This document shows, piece after piece, positions 1-8,924 of a DNA stretch of 64,000 nt. Position 1 is the stretch's first letter; each line of letters begins with the position of its first letter. This DNA is from a virus (taxonomy: Duplodnaviria; Caudoviricetes), in IMG/VR virus record IMGVR_UViG_3300046678_000420, positions 25,948 to 89,947 of that record. The stretch is one strand, 5' to 3'. A model generated the notes under the pieces. That model searched no databases, was not told where the DNA came from, and worked only from the letters and a program-made list of their open reading frames with translations. Position numbers and translations under genes: made by a program.

Positions 1-778
1 ACGCTTCACGCGGGGCTCAGCCGGTGAACCCCTTCCCGCAGTCTTCAAGGCCCTCTCCGGCCAAGGTGTCCACTTCCGCCAGGGGCAGCTAGCACTCATC
101 GCGGCTGCCCCCGGTGTGGGCAAATCCCTGCTCTCCCTCACGCTCGCTATCCGGGCCGGTCTGCCATGCCTGTATTTCTCGGCGGACACGGACCAGGCCA
201 CCATGACCATTCGCGCTGCCGCGATGGTCTCCGGCTGGACGACGGGGGACATAGAGCAGGCCCTAGACGCGGGAATGACGGAAACGCTTGATGTGCAGCT
301 ACACAAGTGGTCGCACATTCAGTTTGACTTCAAGGCGTCGCCCACAGCGACGGACGTCGAAGAGGAACTGAAAGCGTTCCGTCAGGTTTACGGCGACTGG
401 CCCTCACTCATCGTTGTTGACAACATCTCGAATCTCGACAACGAGCTGAACACTGACGGCTTCCAGTCCCTCGAAGGGACTTGTGACTTTCTGCATGAGC
501 TGGCCCGGGAAACCGGCGCTTGTGTGGTTGGTCTCCACCACGTAACCGGCGACTTTGACGACGGCACTAAGCCCCCGTCTTTGTCTTCCCTCCGGGGCAA
601 GGTGTCGAAGGTCCCGGAGTTGGTCTTGGCTCTTCACCGCATAGGCGGAGATTCCTACGAGGGGAATCGGTCTATCGGTGTCAGCCCGGTGAAGAACCGG
701 ACCGGGAAGTCTGACCCGTCCGGCGGATGGTTTCTTCCGCTGGCTGTCGATCTCGAACGAATGGCGGTGACTGGATGA
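1..778 (+). CDS. DnaB/RecA-like replicative helicase (5' end outside the window)
   Basis: Walker A AAPGVGKS, Walker B LIVVDN, LHH motif; near-identical to 44758-45555. Confidence 0.88.
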   Translation, partial: RFTRGSAGEPLPAVFKALSGQGVHFRQGQLALIAAAPGVGKSLLSLTLAIRAGLPCLYFSADTDQATMTIRAAAMVSGWTTGDIEQALDAGMTETLDVQLHKWSHIQFDFKASPTATDVEEELKAFRQVYGDWPSLIVVDNISNLDNELNTDGFQSLEGTCDFLHELARETGACVVGLHHVTGDFDDGTKPPSLSSLRGKVSKVPELVLALHRIGGDSYEGNRSIGVSPVKNRTGKSDPSGGWFLPLAVDLERMAVTG

Positions 779-1167
779 CGAATGGTCGCGCCAGCAAGTC
801 CAAGGGCTACCGGGGTGAAACCGAATTCGTGGAGGCCGCGATAGAGGAAGGGTTCCCCGAAGCCGGACGCAACGGCAGCGTCTACGGATCGAAGGACCGG
901 GGAGATGTCCACGGCATTCCCGGGTGGGTGATTCAGGTCAAGAGCGTGGCCGTAGCCCAGATCCCTTCCTTCATCAAGGACGCCTCAGAGCAGGCGGTGA
1001 ACGCTGGTGTTCGCCTCTACTGCGTCGCTTTAAAGCTGCGCGGCAAGCACATGCGAGAAGGCGTCATCGTGATGCCGGTCAAACAGTGGTTCGGGATGGT
1101 GAGAGAAGCGGAGGAGATGCGTGCAGAGATCAAGGCACTCCGGCGGCTCCTCAATCCCGAAGCTTGA
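775..1167 (+). CDS. Holliday junction resolvase-like PD-(D/E)XK nuclease
   Basis: N-terminal SKSKGYRGE, GDV..QVK catalytic pattern; ATGA overlap with the helicase stop. Confidence 0.7.
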   Translation: MTNGRASKSKGYRGETEFVEAAIEEGFPEAGRNGSVYGSKDRGDVHGIPGWVIQVKSVAVAQIPSFIKDASEQAVNAGVRLYCVALKLRGKHMREGVIVMPVKQWFGMVREAEEMRAEIKALRRLLNPEA

Positions 1168-1540
1168 CATCGCACAGGTACTCGAACACTACGGCGCATC
1201 GCACGTTCCGGAAGGCCGTGAACGCTCCATGCGATGCCCCTTTCACGGGGAGGACCGAACGCCTTCCGGCTCGGTCAACACGGACACTGGCCTGTTCTTT
1301 TGTTTCACCTGCGGGATTGGTGGGGACGGTTGGGCACTCATTCAGGCAAGGGAGGGATTGAGCTTTCGTGAAGCTCGCGAGTTCGCGGCTGGCGTATTTG
1401 GCGCAGGCGACGGAGACATACAGCAAGGCCCTTCGCGGGTCACTCGCCGACGAGTATTTGACGACGAAGCGGGGACTGAGCGCGGACAGCAAGACATATT
1501 TTCGGCTGGGCTTCGTCGCCGACCCTTTGCCGGGTCATGA
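1121..1540 (+). CDS. DNA primase zinc-finger (CHC2) part
   Basis: CPFHGEDRTPS..FFCFTCG motif. Confidence 0.85.
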   Translation: MQRSRHSGGSSIPKLDIAQVLEHYGASHVPEGRERSMRCPFHGEDRTPSGSVNTDTGLFFCFTCGIGGDGWALIQAREGLSFREAREFAAGVFGAGDGDIQQGPSRVTRRRVFDDEAGTERGQQDIFSAGLRRRPFAGS

Positions 1541-2015
1541 GAAGTACCGGGGTCACCTGTCCGTTCCCTATGTGACTAGGGCCGGGATCGTGGCCATGAG
1601 GTTCCGTCGCATCGGCGACGGCGCAGGCCCCAAGTACCTTTCCGAACCGGGCGAAGAATCGCGCCTATACCACCCCGAGGGCTTCTTTCGACACGAGCGC
1701 TACATCTGCTTGTGCGAAGGCGAGATAGACACGATGACCGCCGTTCAGGCCGGGCTACCGGCCGTGGGCGTGCCGGGGGCGAACTCGTGGGCCCGGTTCT
1801 TCTACCGGGCCTTTGACGGCTACGACGCCGTGTTCATCCTCGCCGACCAGGACGACAAGGGAGCCGGACAAGGCTTCGCCGAGAAGGTAGCTGGCCAGAT
1901 CAAGGCCGCTCGCATCATCCCCATGACCCATCAGGGCCAGGGCCACGACGTCAATTCGCTCGTCATGGAGCACGGCGCGGACGCGCTGATATCAAAGATC
2001 GGAGTTGAGCTGTGA
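1368..2015 (+). CDS. DNA primase TOPRIM part
   Basis: CEGEIDT and LADQDDKGAG TOPRIM motifs; overlaps the zinc-finger ORF in the +1 frame. Confidence 0.88.
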   Translation: MKLASSRLAYLAQATETYSKALRGSLADEYLTTKRGLSADSKTYFRLGFVADPLPGHEKYRGHLSVPYVTRAGIVAMRFRRIGDGAGPKYLSEPGEESRLYHPEGFFRHERYICLCEGEIDTMTAVQAGLPAVGVPGANSWARFFYRAFDGYDAVFILADQDDKGAGQGFAEKVAGQIKAARIIPMTHQGQGHDVNSLVMEHGADALISKIGVEL

Positions 2016-2317
2016 GCATCAAGTACCCGCCTGGCCTGATGAAGTTCGGGATCTCGTCGTCTGACTTGGGCCTGGCCGTGAACGTGTTCCTGTTCGGTGC
2101 GGTCGAGCGCATCAGCGGGACCGGCGCAGAGCAGTACGAGAAGCGCGACAAGAACGGCGCGCCGTTCCAGGCGTTCGAGGAGATGACCCCGCTTGAACTG
2201 GTCCGGGCGGCTCGGGAAGAGGTGCAGGACCTCGGCGTGTACGCCGCGATGACGGATCTCCGGTTGGCCCGGCTGCAATCGTCCCTCGCGGGCACGGTCG
2301 TGGGTGATGCCCGATGA
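2012..2317 (+). CDS. Hypothetical protein, possibly a MazG-like nucleotide pyrophosphohydrolase
   Basis: G..QY...AREEVQDLGVY resembles the all-alpha NTP-PPase EExxD motif; conserved in unit 2. Confidence 0.45.
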   Translation: MSIKYPPGLMKFGISSSDLGLAVNVFLFGAVERISGTGAEQYEKRDKNGAPFQAFEEMTPLELVRAAREEVQDLGVYAAMTDLRLARLQSSLAGTVVGDAR

Positions 2318-2676
2318 GTGACATCAGGGTTGAGCTGGACTTGGAACCGGCGGCCCTCGCCGGGATCTACCGGTGGCACGGCTGGCCCCTGGCCCTATGC
2401 GAGGAATCCACGCCTACGGCCGACGACATCACGGAGCTGGTGACACACGTGGTGACGGAGGTTGCCGCCGTTGACCCCGGCTCGTACGTCTCCCTCGGCC
2501 GGGTGCTGGCCATCCGAGACACGGAGATGCCGCACGCAATCGAGGTCGCGCTAGTCATCGGCGTGGCCTGGATCGGAGACGACGAAGACCCCGACGCTCC
2601 CGCGCCGGCGAACCGCTTTACAGACGGCGCCGCGGACTGGGGCCACGACATCCTGAACGAGGGGGAGAGCAAGTGA
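2314..2676 (+). CDS. Hypothetical phage protein
   Basis: ATGA/GTGA coupling on both sides; homolog at 47088-47447. Confidence 0.8.
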   Translation: MSDIRVELDLEPAALAGIYRWHGWPLALCEESTPTADDITELVTHVVTEVAAVDPGSYVSLGRVLAIRDTEMPHAIEVALVIGVAWIGDDEDPDAPAPANRFTDGAADWGHDILNEGESK

Positions 2677-3437
2677 GCGACTGGAAAACGATTCTGTGCC
2701 TGCCGGACTACCAGGTTCCTTACCATGACGCGAAGCTGGTCCGGACGCTGACGCGGCTGGTGGGTGACCTTCAGCCGGACACGGTCGTTCACGTCGGCGA
2801 TTTCCTCGACAGCCCGGAGCCGTCGCGCTGGTCTCGCGGCGCGGCAGGCGAGTACGCCGGGACCCTTCAGAAGTCGCTCGACCAGGCAACCGACGTCCTC
2901 ATAGATCTGCGCGTGGTCTATGACGGCCCGATCGTGCTGAAGCTCGGCAACCACGACCGACGCATTCAGGACTACGTCCGCCGGTACGCTCCGGCGCTGG
3001 CGCCGCTGCGGGCACTGGACTTCGGGCGGCTCATCGGCGCGGACCGTCTGAACGTGGAGATCTGCCACGGCGTCTACGAGGTCGCCCCCGGCTGGCTCGT
3101 CGCCCACGGCGATGAGGGCTCGTTGTCGCGGTACGCGGGCGGCACGGCCGCCGGTCTGGCCCAGAAGTTCGGCAAGAGCGTGGTCTGTGGGCACACGCAC
3201 CGCGCGGGCCTGATCCCCCACTCGACCGGCTACAACGGCCGGACCCGGTCCCTGTTCGGGATGGAGGTCGGGCACGCCATGGACCTGAAGCGCGCGGGCT
3301 ACCTGAAGGCGGGGGCAGCCAACTGGCAACAGGCTTTCGGCGTCTTGAGGACCAACGGCAAGACCACCATCCCGACCCTTGTCCCTGTGGTTGATCGACG
3401 GTTCACCTTTGACGGTGCCGTCTACGACGTGAAGTGA
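2673..3437 (+). CDS. Calcineurin-like metallophosphoesterase
   Basis: PD.Q.PYHD, HVGDFLD, LGNHD, AHGD and CGHTHR motifs. Confidence 0.9.
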   Translation: MSDWKTILCLPDYQVPYHDAKLVRTLTRLVGDLQPDTVVHVGDFLDSPEPSRWSRGAAGEYAGTLQKSLDQATDVLIDLRVVYDGPIVLKLGNHDRRIQDYVRRYAPALAPLRALDFGRLIGADRLNVEICHGVYEVAPGWLVAHGDEGSLSRYAGGTAAGLAQKFGKSVVCGHTHRAGLIPHSTGYNGRTRSLFGMEVGHAMDLKRAGYLKAGAANWQQAFGVLRTNGKTTIPTLVPVVDRRFTFDGAVYDVK

Positions 3438-3446
3438 GGTGAGCTG

Positions 3447-4028
3447 TTGCTGACGCATGACGACTACGAGCGGGTGTCTGAGATCGTGAAGCGGGCCGCT
3501 CGGGGCCTCGCTAAGTCCTGGCCGGGCATCGACGGGGAGGACATCGAGCAAGAGATCTGGGTGGGCCTGGTCAAGGACTGGCCGAAGCTCCCGGATGATG
3601 ACGGCCTGATCCGGCATCGTGCTTGGAAGCACGGCCTGAAGTACTGCCACGACGAGCGGTATTTCTACACGCTGCGCTCGGCGGAGTGGGTCTACACCCC
3701 GAGCGAGGTACGGGCCCTGTTTCGGGACTGCTTCTTTGACCCCGTGTGGTGGGAGGACATGCCCACGAAGGAAGCGGACAACAGCCTCAAGGCCGGGGGC
3801 GTGGTCGTGCTTCTGTGGGACCTGCGGAACGTCTGGGACTCGCTGAGTGACGACCAGCGGGAGGACATCGGCCGCGTGTACCGGGATCAGGCCGAGGTGA
3901 CCTCCGCCGAGCGGAAGGCGTGTCAGAGGGCCGTTGACGTCGCCACGGAGAAGCTGAACCGGCGGATGGAGTATCAGACGCTTGTCCGCCGTGGGGTTGA
4001 CGCGGACCGGGAGGCGCTTCGAGTGTGA
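3447..4028 (+). CDS. Phage sigma-70-like factor
   Basis: Region-2-like DGEDIEQEIWV and region-4-like LSDDQREDI..ERKACQRAV; follows the phosphoesterase as in related actinophages. Confidence 0.65.
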   Translation: MLTHDDYERVSEIVKRAARGLAKSWPGIDGEDIEQEIWVGLVKDWPKLPDDDGLIRHRAWKHGLKYCHDERYFYTLRSAEWVYTPSEVRALFRDCFFDPVWWEDMPTKEADNSLKAGGVVVLLWDLRNVWDSLSDDQREDIGRVYRDQAEVTSAERKACQRAVDVATEKLNRRMEYQTLVRRGVDADREALRV

Positions 4029-4056
4029 GCCGGCCGCGAGCTGTAAAGCGAACCGC

Positions 4057-4088
4057 AGGCCCCTGGTCTTCTGGCCGGGGGCCTTTTG
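4057..4088 (+). terminator. Intrinsic terminator ending the replication operon
   Basis: AGGCCCCTGGTC-TTCT-GGCCGGGGGCCT followed by a T-run, right after the motif copy at 4040. Confidence 0.7.
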
Positions 4089-4169
4089 GCGCTCTTGACG
4101 AGACTCCGTTCCGCCGTAAGGCTCCATAGGAGCGCAACATTCGACAACCTTTGAGGCAGGGGACAGACA

Positions 4170-4388
4170 GTGCGCCTAACATTCATCGGCAAGGACCCGG
4201 AGTCGAATCCGAACGGCTCACCAACCGTGTACCGCACGGACCGAGGAACCTGGGTGGTGCAGGGCTGGGACATCACTGATCCCGCTGTGCTTGCTCAGAT
4301 GCACATCCCCGAGGGTGAGACGTGCGTGGAGATCCCGGATCGGATGCTTCAGTTCTTCAGTCAGGAAGGTCATGGAGTCGATCAGTGA
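4170..4388 (+). CDS. Small conserved actinomycete protein of the DUF6879/XRE module
   Basis: MRLTFIGKDPES..GSPTVYRTD..WVVQGW; homolog at 48943-49161. Confidence 0.75.
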   Translation: MRLTFIGKDPESNPNGSPTVYRTDRGTWVVQGWDITDPAVLAQMHIPEGETCVEIPDRMLQFFSQEGHGVDQ

Positions 4389-4890
4389 GGGTGAGTTCGG
4401 CGAGCTGCTGACCACGTTCAAGCGCGACGCGATCCACCTCGAACAGCGCGACGCCTACGGCACTGAGATTGAGCTGCCGTACATGGCGAAGTGGGCGGCC
4501 GGGGAGCCGGATGACCTGGCGTGGCTCAACGAGTGGTGCGAGTCGCTGCGGGAGCATGTTGCGGCTGGCCGGTCGGTGCGGCGTGCCCGCATCGTCTCCG
4601 AACCTTTGAGCGACTATCAGCGCTGGTCGTACAGCATCGCTCAGCCGATGGTCGATGCTGGCGAAGATATCCGTTGGGTTCCTCGCCGCCGGGTGTCGTC
4701 GCTTGCCCTGCCGGGTAACGACTACTACCTGTTTGACGATCGACTTGCCGTGTTCCTGATCTACGCGGGTAACGGGCTCGCGGTGGACCGGCTTGCTTCC
4801 ACTGATCCCGCCGACCTGAAGCTATGCCGGTCGGCGTTTGAAGAGGTGTGGAAGCTGTCCATCCCGCACCGTGACTACGAAGCCGTCTAG
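4372..4890 (+). CDS. DUF6879-family protein
   Basis: HLEQRDAY..W..W..RARIVSEPLSDYQRW..DYYLFDD pattern; start set from homolog 49145-49663. Confidence 0.75.
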   Translation: MESISEGEFGELLTTFKRDAIHLEQRDAYGTEIELPYMAKWAAGEPDDLAWLNEWCESLREHVAAGRSVRRARIVSEPLSDYQRWSYSIAQPMVDAGEDIRWVPRRRVSSLALPGNDYYLFDDRLAVFLIYAGNGLAVDRLASTDPADLKLCRSAFEEVWKLSIPHRDYEAV

Positions 4891-5740
4891 CGCCGCGCAG
4901 CAAGCGCGCGAGGCACTTGGGGTTCGTCTGCGCGATCTACGCAAAGACGCTGACCTGACTGCCCGTGCGCTTGCTGCGGAGACCGGCATTCACTACACGC
5001 GGATCAGCAAGGTTGAGAACGGTTCCGTCTCCCCTTCTGAGCACGAGGTTCATACCTGGTGCCGGGCGTGCGGGGCTGAGGACCAGGACCCGGACCTTAT
5101 CGCCACTCTGCGGACCGTTGAGTCAGCCTACGTCGAGCACCGACGCCAGAGCCGATCAGGCATGAAGCGCGTTCTTGGGGCGCACACGCCCCAGCTCTAC
5201 GAACAGACCCAGGTGTTCCGGATCTATGAACACAACGTCGTGCCGGGGCTGTTCCAGACGGCTGACTACACCCGGTCCATGCTGGAGTTCTGGATCAGGT
5301 TTCTCAACACCCCGAACGACGTTGACGAAGCGCTGGCCGTCCGCGTTCAGCGTCAACAGGTGATCTACCGGCCGGATAAGCGTTTCTTCGTCGTGTTGGA
5401 AGAGCAGGCGCTTCGGACCTGGTTCGGGAGCGCGGAAGTCCAGGCCGGTCAGCTCGACCGGTTGTTGACTGTGATGTCCCTGCCGAACGTGTCGCTAGGG
5501 ATCATTCCCCTGATGATTGAGCGTGACGGTGTGGCATCCGCCGGATTCTGGATCTTCGATGATCTGCTTGTCGCGTTGGAGACTCCGACAGCTGGTATCG
5601 AGGTGACTCGCCCTCAGGAGATCGGGCTCTATGCCCGCATGTTCGATCACATGAAGGCTTCCGCCGTCTATGGCGCAAGTGCCCGTGCGCTAATCACACG
5701 AGCGTCCGAGGAGACCATGAACGGTCGCGAGTACGGGTGA
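4871..5740 (+). CDS. XRE helix-turn-helix / DUF5753 regulator
   Basis: LGVRLRDLRKDA..ISKVENG HTH; VPGLFQTADY and VLEEQAL DUF5753 motifs. Confidence 0.88.
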   Translation: MTTKPSSAAQQAREALGVRLRDLRKDADLTARALAAETGIHYTRISKVENGSVSPSEHEVHTWCRACGAEDQDPDLIATLRTVESAYVEHRRQSRSGMKRVLGAHTPQLYEQTQVFRIYEHNVVPGLFQTADYTRSMLEFWIRFLNTPNDVDEALAVRVQRQQVIYRPDKRFFVVLEEQALRTWFGSAEVQAGQLDRLLTVMSLPNVSLGIIPLMIERDGVASAGFWIFDDLLVALETPTAGIEVTRPQEIGLYARMFDHMKASAVYGASARALITRASEETMNGREYG

Positions 5741-5802
5741 CCGATAGGCAACATCTGTCAACTTCGTAGACGCGGTCTCAGTGCCCTTCTTAACGTCGGA
5801 CC

Positions 5803-6129
5803 ATGACGCAGAGGAGCGCGAGCGCACCCATGAGTGAAGAGAACCCCACCCCCCGCCGCGTCCTAGCGCTGCTTGCGGAGGAACCCTCCTATCTGCCCAT
5901 GCGGACGGTACGGCTTCCTGACGGGCTGACCCTCGGCGAGGTCACCTCGGGCGACCTGATCGGGGTTGAAGGCCGCTGGTATCCGGTCCTCGGGTGCACG
6001 TCGGTCAACGGATGGGTCACGGTGGACCGGTCCGGCGCAACGAATCTGACGGCGCACGAGTCCACGCCTGTTTACCTCGCGCGGAGGGAGCCGGTCCGTG
6101 AGCCCGTGGCCCAGGGCCAGCGGCCATGA
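5803..6129 (+). CDS. Hypothetical protein
   Basis: ORF conserved at 50576-50902; ATGA coupling to the next gene. Confidence 0.7.
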   Translation: MTQRSASAPMSEENPTPRRVLALLAEEPSYLPMRTVRLPDGLTLGEVTSGDLIGVEGRWYPVLGCTSVNGWVTVDRSGATNLTAHESTPVYLARREPVREPVAQGQRP

Positions 6130-6365
6130 GCGGGACGGCAGCAACCGCGAGAGCGCAGGACCTTAAGGCCGGTCAACGCGTCTACATAGGCCGCCTTGGT
6201 CGCTGGTGCACCCTGTCCGCTGATGCCAAGACGCACCGTCTCTCACGGAATCTGATCCGGCTGGAGTTCGCCGAGATACCGAACGAGTACCGCAGGGTCA
6301 ACGAAGCGGTACAGGTCCGGCCGCCGCGCCGAAGGGTCGGCGCCGACGCCGGCCGCGAGCTGTAA
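6126..6365 (+). CDS. Hypothetical protein
   Basis: Homolog at 50899-51138; the stop codon lies inside a motif core. Confidence 0.7.
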   Translation: MSGTAATARAQDLKAGQRVYIGRLGRWCTLSADAKTHRLSRNLIRLEFAEIPNEYRRVNEAVQVRPPRRRVGADAGREL

Positions 6366-6465
6366 AGCAAGCCGCGGCCTTTTGAACCACCCGCCTGCTC
6401 GTGACTTCCCCCCGTGGCGCGGGCGGGCGGGTGTTCCACAACCACCCCCGAAGGAACGAAGCCCG

Positions 6466-6645
6466 TTGAGCGAGAAGAACGACCCGCCGAACATCAGCGG
6501 GATTCCGCAGTTGGACGCCTACCTTGCAACGCGCCTGACCCCCGAGGAGCAGGAGCAGATGCGGCAGACCTACGTCGATGGAGACCCGGAGGGCAGTCAG
6601 GCGATCGTGAACAAGGCGAACATCCGCAACGAGAACAAGAAGTAG
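6466..6645 (+). CDS. Small hypothetical protein
   Basis: TTG start after GAAGGA; near-identical at 51239-51418. Confidence 0.6.
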   Translation: MSEKNDPPNISGIPQLDAYLATRLTPEEQEQMRQTYVDGDPEGSQAIVNKANIRNENKK

Positions 6646-6649
6646 AGCC

Positions 6650-6838
6650 GTGGTTTACGAACCGCCGCCGAATCCTGACGACTGGATCTGTGACGCACTG
6701 CCCTCGCGCCGCACGTCGGAGTCGTCGGACACGCGTCACGCGGCCCTTTACCGCCAGGAAGAGCCGATCACGTGGGATGCGATACGCGCTGCACGGCCCG
6801 TCTACGAACCGCGCCACGGCGGCCTGACAGCCCGCTAG
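6650..6838 (+). CDS. Small hypothetical protein
   Basis: Homolog at 51423-51611 with the same length. Confidence 0.55.
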   Translation: MVYEPPPNPDDWICDALPSRRTSESSDTRHAALYRQEEPITWDAIRAARPVYEPRHGGLTAR

Positions 6839-6870
6839 TCATGCATGTCCCTCCGAGCAAGGGAGAGCAC

Positions 6871-7419
6871 ATGAACAGGAAAGTAATCGCGACGCTGATC
6901 CTTGCCGGACTGGTCATCGTCAGCACGAGCGGAGCGTCCGGCGGATGCGGGAGTGGCGGCGACGGAGGCACATCCGCGCCTGCGGTGGGGGCGGGTGGCG
7001 AACAGTCCGCTCCGAGCGAGGAGCACAGTTCAGCCGAGGAGACGGCCGACGAGCCGAGCGAGCCACCGGACGAGGGACACGACCCGTGCAACGCCCACCT
7101 GTCGCCGATCACAGTAGGTCACAAGGTCTCAGCAACCCTCACGGTCGGGCCGTGCGCCGACCAGCCCGAGGAGTACAGCGGGTCTTTGACGCTCCAGTAC
7201 GGGACCGGCGAACTTCCCCACCTGAAGTGGACGACAGCGACTCTCATCCCGATCTACAGCGAGAACGCGACGCAACCGATCTCGGCTCCGTGCCAAGATG
7301 CGTACTGGGTGGTCGTGTACGACGCGGCCGGACGTGACGCCCACGGGAAAGACTTCCAGAGCACTCACAGCGTCTTCCTCGAAGAGAACCAATTCCCACG
7401 GAAGGCGAACTGTCCATGA
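6871..7419 (+). CDS. Putative secreted protein or lipoprotein
   Basis: Signal-like MNRKVIATLILAGLVIV..GASGGC, acidic linker, Cys-containing beta domain; RBS GGGAG; homolog at 51689-52243. Confidence 0.7.
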   Translation: MNRKVIATLILAGLVIVSTSGASGGCGSGGDGGTSAPAVGAGGEQSAPSEEHSSAEETADEPSEPPDEGHDPCNAHLSPITVGHKVSATLTVGPCADQPEEYSGSLTLQYGTGELPHLKWTTATLIPIYSENATQPISAPCQDAYWVVVYDAAGRDAHGKDFQSTHSVFLEENQFPRKANCP

Positions 7420-7832
7420 GCGAAGAACCCGCCGCCCCCGTTGCGGCGCTTGTGGGCGTCCCCGCCGGTACAGGTAGCGCCTTCATCCCCGACTACAAGT
7501 TCCCGGGGGCCACGCGCCTGCGCACGGCGGTCGGTTCAACTCTCCTGTTCGCGCTCGTCAACCATCCCCGAGCCACTGACCCCGAAGTCCGAGAGCGGTA
7601 CCAGCGCCACCGGCACGACTTCCAGGACACAGAGCTTGTGGTGAACGGCGAGACCTATCCGGCGGTCGAAGTCCAAGACGCCGAGATCGGCATCCGCGTT
7701 CGCGCTGCGGCTGTGAACGGCCTCACTGTGGTCACCACGTTCCCGGTTGATCAGAACGTCCCCGGCGTCCGCGTGACGTGGCCGGAGAGTGGCGACGCCG
7801 ACCGGTCTCCTGACGCCGGCCAAGCGCTGTAA
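7416..7832 (+). CDS. Hypothetical protein
   Basis: ATGA-coupled to the lipoprotein gene; homolog at 52240-52644. Confidence 0.7.
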   Translation: MSEEPAAPVAALVGVPAGTGSAFIPDYKFPGATRLRTAVGSTLLFALVNHPRATDPEVRERYQRHRHDFQDTELVVNGETYPAVEVQDAEIGIRVRAAAVNGLTVVTTFPVDQNVPGVRVTWPESGDADRSPDAGQAL

Positions 7833-7938
7833 AGCGCGCGTGTGAGCCGTACCCCACACGCGCTATGCTGATCCCTGCTTCCTCGTTCAACGCTTTCCTT
7901 TCGAGGTGTGTTGTGACTTGCTGGCAATCGAGTTGAGG

Positions 7939-7979
7939 AAGCGCAGAGCCCCCGCCCTAGTGGCGGGGGTTTTGCTTTT
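7939..7979 (+). terminator. Intrinsic terminator
   Basis: GCCCCCGCC-CTAGT-GGCGGGGGT with a T-rich tail; conserved near 52750-52790. Confidence 0.75.
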
Positions 7980-8003
7980 CACCTGCGGGTTCGGAATTAT
8001 CTA

Positions 8004-8041
8004 TAACTCGCTTGACGCAAGGTGGGTGGAGGTCTTATCGT
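8004..8041 (+). promoter_or_regulatory. Sigma70/HrdB-like promoter with extended motif
   Basis: TAACTCGC-TTGACG-N18-TATCGT; unit 2 has TTGACG-N18-TATTGT at 52821. Confidence 0.75.
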
Positions 8042-8083
8042 TTTGCCATGCCCGAGGGGGCATGGAAACGGACGGTTGCCAGC

Positions 8084-8188
8084 ATGTCTAAGTCGTTCAG
8101 CAAGGGCGAGCGTAAGACCTCCGGAAAGTCTGATCGGGAGTTCCGCCGGATGCGGAAGACGGCCCGGAAGGCGGAGGGGGAAAAGTGA
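8084..8188 (+). CDS. 34-aa basic peptide (MSKSFSKGERKTSGKSDREFRRMRKTARKAEGEK)
   Basis: Below the ORF-track cutoff; GTGA-coupled to the next gene; conserved at 52893-52997 with mostly synonymous changes. Confidence 0.7.
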   Translation: MSKSFSKGERKTSGKSDREFRRMRKTARKAEGEK

Positions 8189-8910
8189 AGAAATCCCCGA
8201 AGGACAAGAAGAAGTCGGTCGCGCGGTACCCGGTCGCGTTGGTGTTCACGCTGCTCGCGGCCGGTGTGTACGTGAACGTGCGGCACGGTGCGGCTCACGG
8301 CAAGCCGCTGAAGCTGTACCCGATTGAGGCCGGGGTCATATCGGCGCTGCCAACGCTGATCACCGCTGCGAGCATTCACCTCCTGGTCCTCACGTTCGAG
8401 GGGAAGCGACGCCCCGCAAAGCTCCACGGGTTCCTTGCCCGCCTGGGAGTTCTCGGGATCTCAGCGGCTGCGTTCCGGGTCTCGTATGACGCCTGGACCA
8501 CGGTAAGCAAGGCGGCCGGTATCCGGGGCAGCCTGAGCGGCTATCTCCCATGGATCACGGAGGGGTTCTTGGCCTTCGCGGTCTACGCGGCGTGGGTGGT
8601 GCAGATGCAGAATCGGGATGAGGAAGTCCCGGGGGAGCCTCAGGCTCCTGTCGCGCCGGTCATCCCGAACACGGTGGAAGAGATGCAAGACGAGTGGGCT
8701 AAGGAGCCCCCGCAGGCGGAGCCAATGCCCGCGCCTGCGATACCGGAACCGGAGGTAACGAGCCCTTCGGCGAGCCAGTTTCCGGGGCCCGCAGCTCCCG
8801 CCCTTCGCGGGGCCGCTGACTTCATGGCCATGGCCAACCAGGCGACGCACCCTAATACCCGCGCCTACTGGATGAAGCTTCATCACGCTCAAGGCAAGAC
8901 CCAGATCTGA
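8185..8910 (+). CDS. DUF2637-like membrane protein
   Basis: Four hydrophobic segments, AFRVSYDA..AAGI..LPW..EG pattern, Pro-rich tail. Confidence 0.65.
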   Translation: MKKSPKDKKKSVARYPVALVFTLLAAGVYVNVRHGAAHGKPLKLYPIEAGVISALPTLITAASIHLLVLTFEGKRRPAKLHGFLARLGVLGISAAAFRVSYDAWTTVSKAAGIRGSLSGYLPWITEGFLAFAVYAAWVVQMQNRDEEVPGEPQAPVAPVIPNTVEEMQDEWAKEPPQAEPMPAPAIPEPEVTSPSASQFPGPAAPALRGAADFMAMANQATHPNTRAYWMKLHHAQGKTQI

Positions 8911-8924
8911 GAGGCGCTGAACTA

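Noticed and set aside
1027-1036. GCTTTAAAGC core in the unit 1 resolvase gene
   Set aside because: It lacks both flanks and is not conserved in unit 2, so it was not counted as a motif copy.
2367-4127. Long antisense ORFs (also 21841-22683, 23221-24663, 25088-26101, 28093-29676, 31203-32789, 32892-34619, 38898-40157, 59996-61285)
   Set aside because: These are shadows of high-GC sense genes with no motifs, and the frames break between units.
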